Below the pieces are notes generated by a model. That model had not been told where the DNA came from, did not search any database, and saw only the letters and a program-made list of their open reading frames with translations. Position numbers and translations under genes: made by a program. DNA of 64,000 nt from Nemertoderma westbladi (taxonomy: Eukaryota; Animalia; Xenacoelomorpha): assembly GCA_032718475.1 (NCBI GenBank), contig JAUCBJ010006864.1, positions 1-64,000 on the forward strand, written 5' to 3'. Below are positions 22,904 to 35,161 of the stretch, one piece after another; the first letter of the stretch is position 1; every line of letters begins with the position of its first letter.

Positions 22904-24834
22904 TAGACCACAGCTAAAATATTTAGGTAAACAGAATGTGAAATCTATGTACCGTTACTGACTCGCACCTACTAATTTAAATGTAACCTACCATTTTTTG
23001 CTCTCGTCAAACCTCAAACAGAAAGTAAAATCCTAAATAAGTACAGAAATGTACCGTGGTAGGCTACCGGGAAGATGCCTACCGTGTTACGCTGCACAAA
23101 CTAAAATCGTCAAAGAGAAAGTGAAATCAAAATGCAGAAGCTACCGGTAGGTACCGGACGGCCAGTATGTTCTCTAAACTCAAATCGTCAAACAGAAAGT
23201 AAACACCCAAAATAAAAAGCAGAATGTACCGTTGTAGCGCCTACAGGTTGCAGTTTCCAATCAGTCAGTTTGCAACCAGTAGTGTAGGTTATCAATTAAT
23301 TCACTTCGGCCTACACCCCTTGGAAAATTAACTATTTAAAATCCTCGGCCTTTGGCCTCGGATTTTAAACAGTTAATTTTCCGCGGGATTCGGCCTCAGC
23401 AACACCAGTTGGTTTGCGGAAAAATAACAAAACAAAATAGCGGACAAAAATAACAACCCTACAGACCAACATTAGTTCGGTGTTATTTTTTCCGGGATTT
23501 GTTGTGTAACAACGAAAAATATCGTAAAAATAACGAGAGTAAAAATATCGCGAGTAAAAATAACGAGTGTTGAAAATTAATGTGTTTAAAAAATATCGAG
23601 AGTAAAAATAACGCGAGATGAAAAATATCGAAACTAAGAAACGGGTGTCGAAAAATATCGAGTGTTGAAAAATATCGAGAGTACAATATTGCATTTTATT
23701 TAGAATTATGGGACAATATTGCAGTGCATGGGTTACAACAGTGCAAGTGCAAATAAACCAAGTACCCATTTACCAGATTTAATATACTAGCTAGTTTTTG
23801 CTATTTTTTAATAAATATTTTAGAAGAAGTGCTAGATATCAATTTTGATAAATATTTTTGTTCTAGAAAACATTTTTTAGTTCTAGATCACAGTATTAAT
23901 TTTTTAAAATAGCTAGTATTTTCTACTTCTTTTTATAAATGTTATAGAACACGTGTAAGCTACCAATGTTGATTTTTTGCTTTAGAACACATTTTTTTGT
24001 ACTAGAACATTTTTATGAAAAAAATTATCATACTGTTCAACCCTTATTAAAAAAAATTGTTACTATCGATTGTTACTCTCGATATTTTTCAACACTCGAT
24101 ATTTTTCAACACTCGGTATTTTTACTCTCGATATTTTTCAACACTCGATATTTTTACTCTCGATATTTTTCATCACTCGATATTTTTCAACACTCGATAT
24201 TTTTACTCTCGATATTTTTCATCACTCGATATTTTTCAACACTCGATACTTTTACTCTCGATATTTTTCAACACTCGATAGTTTTACTCTCGATATTTTT
24301 CATCACTCGATATTTTTCAACACTCGATATTTTTACTCTCGATATTTTTCAACACTCGATATTTTTACTCTCGATATTTTTCAACACTCGATATTTTTAC
24401 TCTCGATATTTTTCAACACTCGATATTTTTACTCTCTATATTTTTCAACACTCGATATTTTTACTCTCGATATTTTTCAACACTCGATATTTTCAACACT
24501 CGATATTTTTTAACACTCGATATTTTTACTCTCGATATTTTTCAACACTCAATATTTTTACTCTCTATATTTTTCAACACTCGATATTTTTACTCTAGAT
24601 ATTTTTCAACACTCGATATTTTTCAACACTCGATTTTTTTAACACTCGATATTTTTACTCCCGATATTTTTCAACACTCGATATTTTTACTCTCGTTATT
24701 TTTACTCTCGATATTTTTACTCTCGATATTTTTTGAACTCTCGATGTTATCGTTATTTTTCAACACTCGATATTTCTACTCACGTTATTTTTACTCTCGA
24801 CATTTTTCATGTCTTGATATTTTTCAATATAACC

Positions 24835-27020
24835 TTTGTGTCCCTTATTAATGTGTGTCCCTCATTAATGTTTGTGTTCCTCGTTAATGTTTGTGCCCCT
24901 TATTAATGTGTGTCCCTCATTAATGTGTGTCCCTCATTGATGATAGTGTCCCTCGTTAATGTTTGTGCCCCTCATTAATGTGTGTCCCTCATTAATGTTT
25001 GTGTCCGTCGTTAATGTTTGTGCTCCTTATTAATGTGTGTCCCTCATTAATGTTTGTGTCCCTCGTTAATGTTTGTGCCCCTTATTAATGTGTGTCCCTC
25101 ATTAATGTTTGTGTCCCTCGTTAATGTTTGTATCCCTCATTAATGTGTGTCCCTCATTAATGATTGTGTCCCTTATTAATGTGAGTCCCTAATTAATGTG
25201 TGTCCCTCATTAATGATTGTGTCCCTCGTTAATGTTTGTGCTCCTTATTAATGTGTGTCCCTCATTAATGTTTGTGTTCCTCGTTAATGTTTGTGCCCCT
25301 TATTAATGTGTGTCCCTCATTAATGTGTGTCCCTCATTGATGATAGTGTCCCTCGTTAATGTTTGTGCCCCTCATTAATGTGTGTCCCTCATTAATGTTT
25401 GTGTCCGTCGTTAATGTTTGTGCCCCTTATTAATGTGTGTCCCTCATTAATGTTTGTGTCCCTCGTTAATGATTGTGTCCCTTATTAATGTGAGACCCTA
25501 ATTAATGTGTGTCCCTCATTAATGATTGTGTCCCTCGTTAATGTTTGTGCTCCTTATTAATGTGTGTCCCTCATTAATGTTTGTGTCCCTCGTTAATGTT
25601 TGTGCCCCTTATTAATGTGTGTTCTTCATTAATGTGTGTCCCTCATTAATGATTGTGTCCCTCGTTAATGTTTGTGCCCCTTATTAATGTGTGTCCCTCA
25701 TTAATGTTTGTGTCCCTCGTTAATGTTTGTATCCCTCATTAATGTGTGTCCCTCATTAATGATTGTGTCCCTTATTAATGTGAGTCCCTAATTAATGTGT
25801 GTCCCTCATTAATGATTGTGTCCCTCGTTAATGTTTGTGCTCCTTATTAATGTGTGTCCCTCATTAATGTTTGTGTCCCTCGTTAATGTTTGTGCCCCTT
25901 ATTAATGTGTGTCCCTCATTAATGTGTGTCCCTCATTAATGTTTGTGTCCCTCGTTAATATTTGTGCCCCATATTAATGTGTGTCCTTCATTAATGTGTG
26001 TCCCTCATTAATGATTGTGTCCCTCGTTAATGTTTGTGCCCCTTATTAATGTGTGTCCCTCATTAATGTTTGTGTCCCTCGTTAATGTTTGTGTCCCTCA
26101 TTAATGTGTGTCCCTCATTAATGTTTGTGTCCCTCGTTAATGATTGTGTCCCTTATTAATGTGAGACCCTAATTAATGTGTGTCCCTCATTAATGATTGT
26201 GTCCCTCGTTAATGTTTGTGCTCCTTATTAATGTGTGTCCCTCATTAATGTTTGTGTCCCTCGTTAAAGTTTGTTTCCCTTATTAATGTGTGTCCCTCAT
26301 TAATGTGTGTCCCTCATTAATGTTTGTGTCCCTCGTTAATGTTTGTGCCCCTTATTAATGTGTGTCCCTCATTAATGTTTGTGTCCCTCGTTAATGTTTG
26401 TGTCCCTCATTAATGTGTGTCCCTCATTAATGATTGTGTCCCTTATTAATGTGAGTCCCTAATTAATGTGTGTTCCTCATTAATGATTGTGTCCCTCGTT
26501 AATGTTTGTGCTCCTTATTAATGTGTGTCCCTCATTAATGTTTGTGTCCCACGTTAATGTTTGTGCCCCTTATTAATGTGTGTCCCTCATCATTAATGTG
26601 TGTCCCCCATTAATGATTGTGTCCCTCGTTAATGTTTGTGCCCCTTATTAATGTGTGTCCCTCATTAATGTGTGTCCCTCATTAATGGTTGTGTCCCTTA
26701 TCAATGTGTGTCCCTGATTAATGTGTGTCCCTCAATAATGTTTGTGTACCTCGTTAATGTTTGTGTCCCTCATTAATGTTTGTGACCCTGATTAATATCT
26801 GTGTCCCTTAATAATGTATGTGCCCTTGATTAATGTGTGTCCCTAATTAATGTTTTTGTCCCTTATTAATGTGTGTCCCTCATTAATGTATGTGCCTTTG
26901 ATTAATGTGTGTCCCTCATTAATGTGTGTCCCTCATCAATGTTCGTGTCCCTTATTAATGTTTGTGCCACTTAATGTGTGTCCCTGATTAATTTTTGTGT
27001 CCCTGATAAATGTTTGTATC
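24835..27020 (+). repeat. 17/19-bp satellite array with higher-order repeats
   Basis: Alternating cattaatgtgtgtccct and cattaatgtttgtgtccct units. Confidence 0.97.
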
Positions 27021-27245
27021 AGGAACTGGACGCAATAAAAATTCATTCCTCCTCCAGGGGAAATTCGACGCAAATAACAGATGATTACTCTCAAAAATAA
27101 AACTGTAACCGGTTCTATTGTGTTTAGTTTATTGTTTTAGTAGTTAAAGTATTGTGCCACTGTAACCTGCTCCTTTCCCTAAATTGAGAATTTAACATTG
27201 AGGCGGGATATTAATTCGCCAAGGCGGGTTTTGCGTCGAGTCCCC
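27021..27245. mobile_element. ~230-bp MITE (uninterrupted copy)
   Basis: Imperfect TIR aggaactggacgcaa / ttgcgtcgagtcc; contains ctgtaacctgctcctttccct, the core of the 68-bp satellite. Confidence 0.7.
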
Positions 27246-28881
27246 CCCCCCCCCCCCTGTCTCAGAATTAATGAAAGAAAGCTTGAAATTAATGAAAGAG
27301 TGCTGCACTTCGCTGCAGTGTTCTGCACTAACAGACACATGTCGCCTTAGGTCCAGGCGCGTTAGATCCCACCGAATTAGATATAGATTCTGCACTGCAG
27401 GTCATTTACGTCTTGTGTCGTTAGGTTTCGACGTATTTTTCAGCAATATATTGAATGTCCTTTTTGCTTGGCCAGCTTTCTATTGGTATCAATAAATCAC
27501 TAAGGTTGAAGAATAACTGTAGTGAAACTGGTAAAATATCACTGGATATATGTTTTATTAATAATGCTTCTAACTAAAGATTGAAATCTAAAATAAAAAT
27601 TATGTCTCACCCAGGAGGAGGAGGGAGTTGAAACGATCTTTGTTTCAAATTTCATGGCTTACAAATCTCATTGGGGTCGGTGTGACTGAATTACGACACT
27701 ATTATTCTAGGCATATTGAACCCTCTCACTTCCGAAAATTTCACATATTTCATAACCTATCCTATCTACTGTAATGTTTTCATAAACCCTTCTAGAAAAT
27801 ATATTGGGCCTAATACGTACCGTACAACTGGTAACTGTCTGATATCACAGAACCATATCTCCCAACGGCGTGTTCACATGTAAGTACCGCACCGCTCAGG
27901 TACCGGTCTGCCGGTTTCTCAGTCATCTATACTGCTGTACAGCATTAGCGACTATCAGATAACAGCAACAGGCAGACATGTACCAGCAGACTCGGGCTGT
28001 CGGGTACTGCAATCAGACAGATTCTGGCTGACTGATACGGTAGGCACGGTACCGCCGGTACCGGCAGACCGGTTCGCGAGGTGCGAGGGTGTAGCGGTCA
28101 GCCGGTATGGCATTGGCTTGGCATAGCCTATGGCTGTATCGTACCGGTACGATACAGCCTATGCTGCTATGGCTGTATCGTACCGGTACGGTGCCGTCAG
28201 ACCGGTATCGTCAGATCGTACCGGTACTACTGACTACACTACCGGTAGGCCGCAGACCAGTACAGCAGTAGCGGTACCGGTCTGCCGGTACCAGGACCAG
28301 CTACCAGGTAGGGGCCTACTGCATACATCTGTACACCCGAACCTGGAACCCGACGCGCACATCTGCACATACTGCATACTGCTGTACTGACATACAGACA
28401 TAATCATCGCCTGATCCAGTGATCGCACACCAGCACCAGCCAGCCCTGCAGCTGCCAGTTGCAGCCCAGCCAGCGTCAGAGCGTACAGTACGGCAGACTG
28501 GCGTACCAAGGCAGCAAGGTACCGGTACCTACTGCTGTACCTACTGACCTACTGCAGTAGGCCTACTGCGCTACTGCCTACCGCTACCAGCAGTTACCTA
28601 GCAGCCTACAGCCTAGGCCAGTAGGTAGGCGTAGGATGCTTCTACTAGCATACTGGCAGACGCAGACTGGCATAGTATGTAGTACCGGTACTGCTGTACT
28701 GTAGTGTAGTAGGCCTACCCGGTCTGCCGGTAGCAGGCACAGACTGACAGGCATCCTGGCATCAGGTAGAGCTGCTCGCAGCGCTTTAGTAGATCTTCTT
28801 CTTCATCTTTACAGTTATTGACTGAACATTATTATTTGTCTGTTTGTGTTGCAGCGACCACCCTAATAAGGTCTTACGAAG

Positions 28882-31800
28882 ATGTCGGGAGGCTTAGAAG
28901 TTTTATCGATTAAAGATGAGGATGTTAAGCAGTTGCTGGCTGCCGGAACCCATCTGGGTGCCAATAACTGCGACCACCAGGTGGAGCAGTACGTCTACAA
29001 GAGGCGTCTCGACGGAGTTCACATAATCCATTTGAGTCGCATGTGGGAGAAGTTGCTGTTTGCTGCTCGCGCTATAGCTGCTATCGAGCACCCTGGCGAT
29101 GTTTGTGCAATATCAGCGAGGCCTTACGGCCAGGTATGATCGCAAGTCTGTCATTACATTGTATTTGTGTGTCTCTGTTAGTGTAGGAACAGGGGTGGAA
29201 AAAACCTAGTTTTTTTTAGGAAAAAAAATAGGTTTAGGTTTTTTGCTTAGGTTTTTTAAAAAAACCTAGGCCTAGCGCCTAGGCCTAAAGGTTTTTTAGG
29301 TTTTTTAATATATTTTCAATTTGATATAAAAGTAATTTGATAACATTGATAGTATTGCAAGTTGAATTTTGGGAGGTTAAAATGTTATTATTTTTAATGC
29401 AGCCAAATGACAAACAGTGTTTACAGGTTTATGTCTGTCAGTATGTTAGGCCTGTAGGCTAATCAAGAAAATATCAGGCACAATTGCCCCTTTTTATTGT
29501 ACATTAATTTAAATAACCTAAAAAACCTATTTTTAATGAAATTTTCAAAAGTAGGTGATATAAAAAAAACCTAGGTGCTAAAAAACCTACTTTGCGAGCC
29601 CTGTGTAGGAAAGAATGAATACGGTGTTTATGACGTATGCTGGTATGGATCAATGAGTATTAGCATATTTTGTATACCGGATCGTGTATCAAACAATCCT
29701 GCCTCGCACACCCATAACGTTTATAAATTATATTCTCTGACCGGGATTTCAATCTGGATTTTCCATTACAAAATATATAGGCCTACGCACCGTTACCTCT
29801 AAAACACAAAGCTAGTCTACTTGTGAGCGGATTCAATTCCGCCTCACCAACCCCCATAAAGTTGGGAAGTGGCGCCTTTAAGCAATATTGGGGAGTACGA
29901 GGTTGATTCGTTGATTACAATCAACCTCGTATCACCCCTAATAACGGGGACAACACGCGGCCGCAAAGAGCCACACAAAAGAGGTTATAGGTCAAACCTC
30001 TTGGAGAGGGAAAGTGACAGCAGCGGGGGGGGGGGGGGGGGGGGGAAACACTCCCACAGAGGTGGGAGCCGAGAATTAGGTTATTGGCCAATGGGGGACA
30101 AGGAAAGTGCATCCGCTAAGTAACAAGGCCACAAGTAGAGTAGAGATAATCAATATAATACCGGTTAGTGCTTGTGTCTTATTCAGTTTACTCAGTCATC
30201 AGGTGCAGTACGGTGACATTTCGCACCGTCACCGCCACTACCGGTACAACATTTATCTCTTGTCAGCCTTCTTCAACTGTGCTATTGTATTATATCTGCG
30301 TTAGTTTTACTCATTTACTCGAACAATATCAGAACAACAACTAACTATTATCTTTTCACTACAACGCGGTGACGCGTAGCGAAACAAAACCGGTCGGGAT
30401 CCACTGATCCCGTCACACTGCTAGTGGTATACCGGTAGTGCCTCCAGTTGCAGTTCTCCATAGTGTACCGCACCCCGACTATCATTACCCTGTGCCTACT
30501 TTGGCACATGTTCGTTTTTGTAATTTATGCTAATAGACCTTAAGTACAATAATAAATAACACGAATAAAACAATTCTGCGTTCTTCTTCCATCATAATGA
30601 AAAAATACAATTAATTAATGTGGGTATTATAACCATTTGTCTGTCAATCACTAAATGTAACATTTACACATGATGAATTATCTTAGGACACCTTATGAAT
30701 AAGAAACTGATTTACTAACTATTAATCTGATGTAAATCTACTTAGTGATTGGCAGAAATTACACAACGAAAAATTAATATATAAATCACATTTCGATATA
30801 TATAATATATTTCCAGGTATATACAGTTACAGTAGCCTACCACCGCATATAATTTATTTATTTCAGCGCGCTGTGTTGAAGTTCGCCCACCACACGGGCG
30901 CCACGCCCATAGCGGGGCGATTCACCCCGGGTACCTTTACCAACCAGATCACCAAGGAGTTTCGTGAGCCCCGGTTGCTGATAGTAACGGACCCCCGCAC
31001 AGACCACCAGCCGGTCACCGAGGCCAGTTACGTTAATATCCCCGTAATCGCGTTCGCCAACACCGATAGTCCGTTGAAATACGTTGATATCGCGATCCCG
31101 TGTAACAATAAGGTGGGTTGTTTGGGTAGAATAACGTGCCACTGTAACCTGCTCCTTTCCCTAAATTGATATTTATTTAACATTGAGTTGAGACGAGTTA
31201 TTAATTCGTTGATTTTAACTTTTTTGATACGCCACCTGGCCAGATATTAAACCTTCTTAAAAATTTATAGCTGCCAAGTTTCACCTTTAAGAACGAATTA
31301 AAATCAAATATACAACAACAATATATATTTGCAAATATTGACAATGTCAGTCAGTTCGCTAAAGGATCTGCCAACTTCGTGGCTCGCCCCAAATATTTTT
31401 GATGCTCATTATTTTATAATTATATTAAAATTAAGCTGTGTGGTTTGTATGTCCCAGTGTCTGAGTGGATACAGCGCCAGGTTGCTCTCCGTTTAGTGAT
31501 TAGCGGCGCAGGTTCGAATCCGAGTGACGGCTGTACAAATTTCGCCCGAGGTTTATATAGTGATTCTCTCTATATTATAAGTTCCATTACTCATTATTTT
31601 CTGTCAATCGCTACGTTTACATATGATGAATCATCTTAGGACACCTTATGAATAAGAAACTGATTTACTAACTATTAATCTGATGTAAATCTACTTAGTG
31701 ATTGACAGAAATTAATTAATAAATTGTATGAATTAAAGGTGATATCAAACATTTTATTTAAAGGATGATTATTTACTGTATCTACTAGTGTTGAGAACAC

Positions 31801-34800
31801 TAATTGAAAGTGTATGGTGAATTTTTGAGTAATGAAAACGCAACAGACTGAAACAGAAATTAATAAAAAGTCATTCAGTTCCTACTACACAACACCAACA
31901 AAATGGCCAATTGACAAATGAGAGTATTTATATAGTAAATAAGTTATTAGTAATTAATTAACCGTCAGTATTTTTATCTACCGGCTTTCTGGTACTTTTT
32001 ATTTTTTTGTTACATTATTTTGGACGTCATGTAAATAATCGCCAGGTTGTCGACGGAACTCAAACTAAAATTCAATAGTTTTATATACAACAATTATCTG
32101 CAGCCGTTTTTTCGGATCGAGACGTAATCTGCTGTCTTTAGAAGCACTCTGTCCAACCTCCCTCTAGCGGGAAGGTTGGCAGACCCTCTTGGGATCGAAA
32201 CTTAACTAACTGGCCACTCAGCATCTCCTTGCCTAACCGATCAGGACGCTTCCTGGGAAGGTATATATGAAGCTGCTCGCACTTTTTCCTCGCTTCCAAG
32301 TCGACAACCTTGTACCTTGTCCAAACCCGATTTAATTGTTTTCCTACTTTTATTTCCATATTTGTCACACTTCAAAATATTAAAATAAACTCAGTTATCC
32401 CTTCAACTCAAATCAACTTTTTCACATTCAATCAACTTCCACCTTCCTTGAAACATTTTCACCTTCTACCTCTACTTTGGTAGCCGTCACCTAGCTGCAC
32501 TCCCTTCGGCGACTGGATTTCTTATAGCGAAGGACTCTCTCTCTCTCTCTTACAGCGCCCGGTTTCGCCACACGTCTGATCCAGCCAGTAGTAAGTAGAC
32601 CAAAGACCCATTGGACTTGGACACTCTTCAACCTCAACTATAGGGTTGATCACCGAATTGCATTTTATTCAATTACTGGTTCAATCCTTCAATCACACAT
32701 TTTATTTAAAAAAACATTGAACTAACATTATTACAAAGATAAGATTATTACTTATTTTTGTATTTGGGTTTATCTTTAGGGAATCCATTCGGTTGGACTG
32801 ATGTGGTGGCTGTTGGCGCGAGAAGTGCTACGGATCCGGGGTACCATATCGAGGGAGACGCCCTGGGACATCATGGTCGACCTGTTCATCTACAGGGACC
32901 CCGAGGAGCAGCTGAAGGAGGAGCAGGAGAAAGAGAAGGAGCAGCAGAACCAGGACACGGCCTGGGGTGGGGCGGATGCAGCGGCACCCAGCGCTGCCTT
33001 CGGGACCGACGAGTGGTCGACTAACCCACAGATCGGCGGCACGTTCAACCCGGTTAGTTCGTGTGTCTGTGTGCGTGTCCGGTCTGTGCAGTATGCGTGT
33101 CCGGTCTGTGCAGTGTGCGTGTGATATCCTGTCTCTATGTATCGTATCTGTGTATGTCTACTTAAGTTTGGTTTAATAAAGTCAGTGGAAATTATTTTAA
33201 TATTGACAATGATTAATCTATTACTGGGGTTATTATCTATTACTATGACTCTTGTGTTTACTTTTAAGTTAATATATACATAAAAAAACCCCTGTTAGTC
33301 AGTATGTTGGTATATTCAATTATCACATAGAAGTAAAGAGCAGAACTCCGACATCACTGCATACTGTCAAATCTTATATAATTTTTGTACTGTGTGTTTG
33401 CTCTAGCAATCTACCAGTTTTCCATTGGTAACATGTTTACTTACCGTAGGCATATAGGGTTCCTGTGTTCTGTGGTCTGACTTCTGTTTGGGCTGGGTTG
33501 TAACAGCCTGGCTGGGCTGGGTGCGATTAATTTAGGTCATTGGTGCATTATAGATAGGCTTGGATAATTCCCTGTCCAGCTGACGAGGTGTCGAGGATTA
33601 GCGCGTACTGGTCCTAGACACCGAAACGCAACCATATTGTACACAAATTAATTATTTTTGACCTAGTCCTACCCCATTCACGGCGACAAAATTGTCATAT
33701 ATTTTCTTATAGAATATAGGCTTAGCTTTCGTGCAGTTTATTAACGGTATCATTTAGTGTATGGCGGTTAGGTTTTATGGTTAGGGTTGCGACACATACC
33801 TGTATGTGGAGCATATTATGTTATTTTTGTTTGTGTCCTTGGATGGCCTTAGGGTCTGAAAAGTATTATGCGCTTAATGTCCTGATTCTATATTTTTTTC
33901 TAGTTTAAGGGGTGTAAGACTCTTGTGTTTACTTTTAATTTAATATAATCTATTACTGGGTCCGGTTGTTTTTGTATAATAGGTAGTTACTAAAATACAA
34001 GATAACAGTGCCAACCTGTACAGCGTTCTATCTATCTATAATTGAAGCTGCACAATTGAGATGCTATGTCATCTTAACAAAAATATTTTGTCACCACCGA
34101 GTAATCCACAATTGGCAAGCCAAATACAGCGTGCATTAAGAATGCTATGCCGGCTTATCAACAACGTTGTACCGCCACAACTCCCTATCCACCATGACTG
34201 TCGCGGTCCACTATGCTTATTTTCTCAATGGGCCTGCCGAAGCACAATATTATGCACTGGCTGGTCCTCACGGCGATAGCAATGTCCTGCAAAGTGGAGG
34301 CGGCTTTGTATTGCATTGTACTTGACACAGTGAACCCGGCGTAGCATTCAGGTGAATGTGCCATCCAGAGATTTGGTGTTCAATGCTGTCCATGCCTCCC
34401 ATCATATCCCAGCTAACAGAGATCGCCCATATGCTCAAGCTCAAGCATACAATCCTTTGATGTTCACCCGATCAGACATTTCCTGAGGACTTTCAAAGTT
34501 AACTTACAAAATTTTGAAATTTTCAAAATTTAACTGTCAAATTCTTCTTTGAGTTAACAAAAACTATAAGACGCCTGTACTAATGAGCTGAGGAGCTGTT
34601 GGGCTCCCTCTAGTGTTTCTGTGAGTACTCCGAAGTAATCAGAAAACTAAGTCTAGATCACTTAGGTACTTGGCTGGGTTTCCTCGACTTCTGGGGCTAG
34701 TAGGTGGAGCGTGGAGGTACAGCGTTGGTCGTGGAATGAAAACAGTGAGAGAGTTTCGGCTGTTTAACCGGAGTTAGAAAGTTATTTGTGTAAAATGAAT

Positions 34801-35161
34801 TAATATAGATTGAACGGAGCCGCTACGACGACAATATCTCGCATATTTTGTGAATCTAATTTCTTAATTGTAATAGATTTCAAAGAAATTCTTTATCTCT
34901 GGCAAGTAGACTAAGACTCGCCTGGCAAGTTATTATGTTACCCTAAACGCTTTATTTTACCTCTATTTCTCTATTTAATCCCGACAGGCCGATATGAAGA
35001 CCCAACCGACTGCGGGATTCGGTCAGGACTGGGCCGGCGACGAGTGGGCGGCTACGACACCTTCCGCCGCCGTGGCGCCCACTGCCACTCCCGCCACAGG
35101 GCAGACTGCACCCTCGGCTGGAGGCGCAAGTGATTGGGGTGGGGCCAACGAGGCGTGGTGA
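28882..35161 (+). CDS. RPSA: 40S ribosomal protein SA (uS2); join 28882..29133, 30867..31112, 32780..33052, 34988..35161 (314 aa)
   Basis: [77 protein letters not shown], acidic DW/EW tail; all three introns are phase-0 GT-AG; aataaa near 35292. A possible 5' non-coding exon ends at the gtaagt donor near 27880. Confidence 0.97.
29190..29603. mobile_element. hAT-type MITE in RPSA intron
   Basis: cagggg...gccctg ends, perfect 8-bp TSD tgtaggaa, aaaaacc subterminal repeats. Confidence 0.88.
30662..30737 (+). ncRNA. C/D box snoRNA, SNORD58(U58)-like, copy 1
   Basis: Terminal stem atttaca/tgtaaat, box C ATGATGA, box D CTGA, guide cttaggacacct complementary to LSU rRNA AGGUGUCCUAAG. Confidence 0.85.
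31451..31535 (+). mobile_element. tRNA-derived SINE head
   Basis: A-box-like tgtctgagtgg and B box ggttcgaatcc without a full cloverleaf. Confidence 0.5.
31615..31690 (+). ncRNA. C/D box snoRNA, SNORD58-like, copy 2
   Basis: Near-identical to 30662-30737, in the next intron. Confidence 0.85.
32110..32370 (-). mobile_element. Degenerate LINE C-terminal remnant
   Basis: HIY..R..DRL.K.ML....R..G.P....W pattern only. Confidence 0.4.

Larger units (their letters stand above)
19456..23513 (-). mobile_element. Crypton-type tyrosine-recombinase DNA transposon
   Basis: YR ORF; hairpins 19458-19597 and 23322-23382 with inverse ccgagg/cctcgg loop motifs; gttgttacataa (19599-19610) inverted to ttgtgtaacaac (23502-23513); gaaaaatatc on both flanks. 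Confidence 0.8.
19437..24834. mobile_element. MITE with inverted tandem-repeat arms (ctcgatattttt motif), interrupted by the Crypton
   Basis: Ends ggtaatggtgaaaaatatc / gatatttttcaatataacc; left arm resumes 23514-23690, right arm 24072-24834; flanks tttgtgcc / tttgtgtc. Confidence 0.75.

Noticed and set aside
23966-24598. Repetitive ORFs in the ctcgatattttt array (also 44756-45942 and 4144-4463)
   Set aside because: Open in several frames; translations of MITE arm repeats.
31451-31535. tRNA gene
   Set aside because: Only A/B boxes; acceptor and anticodon stems do not form.
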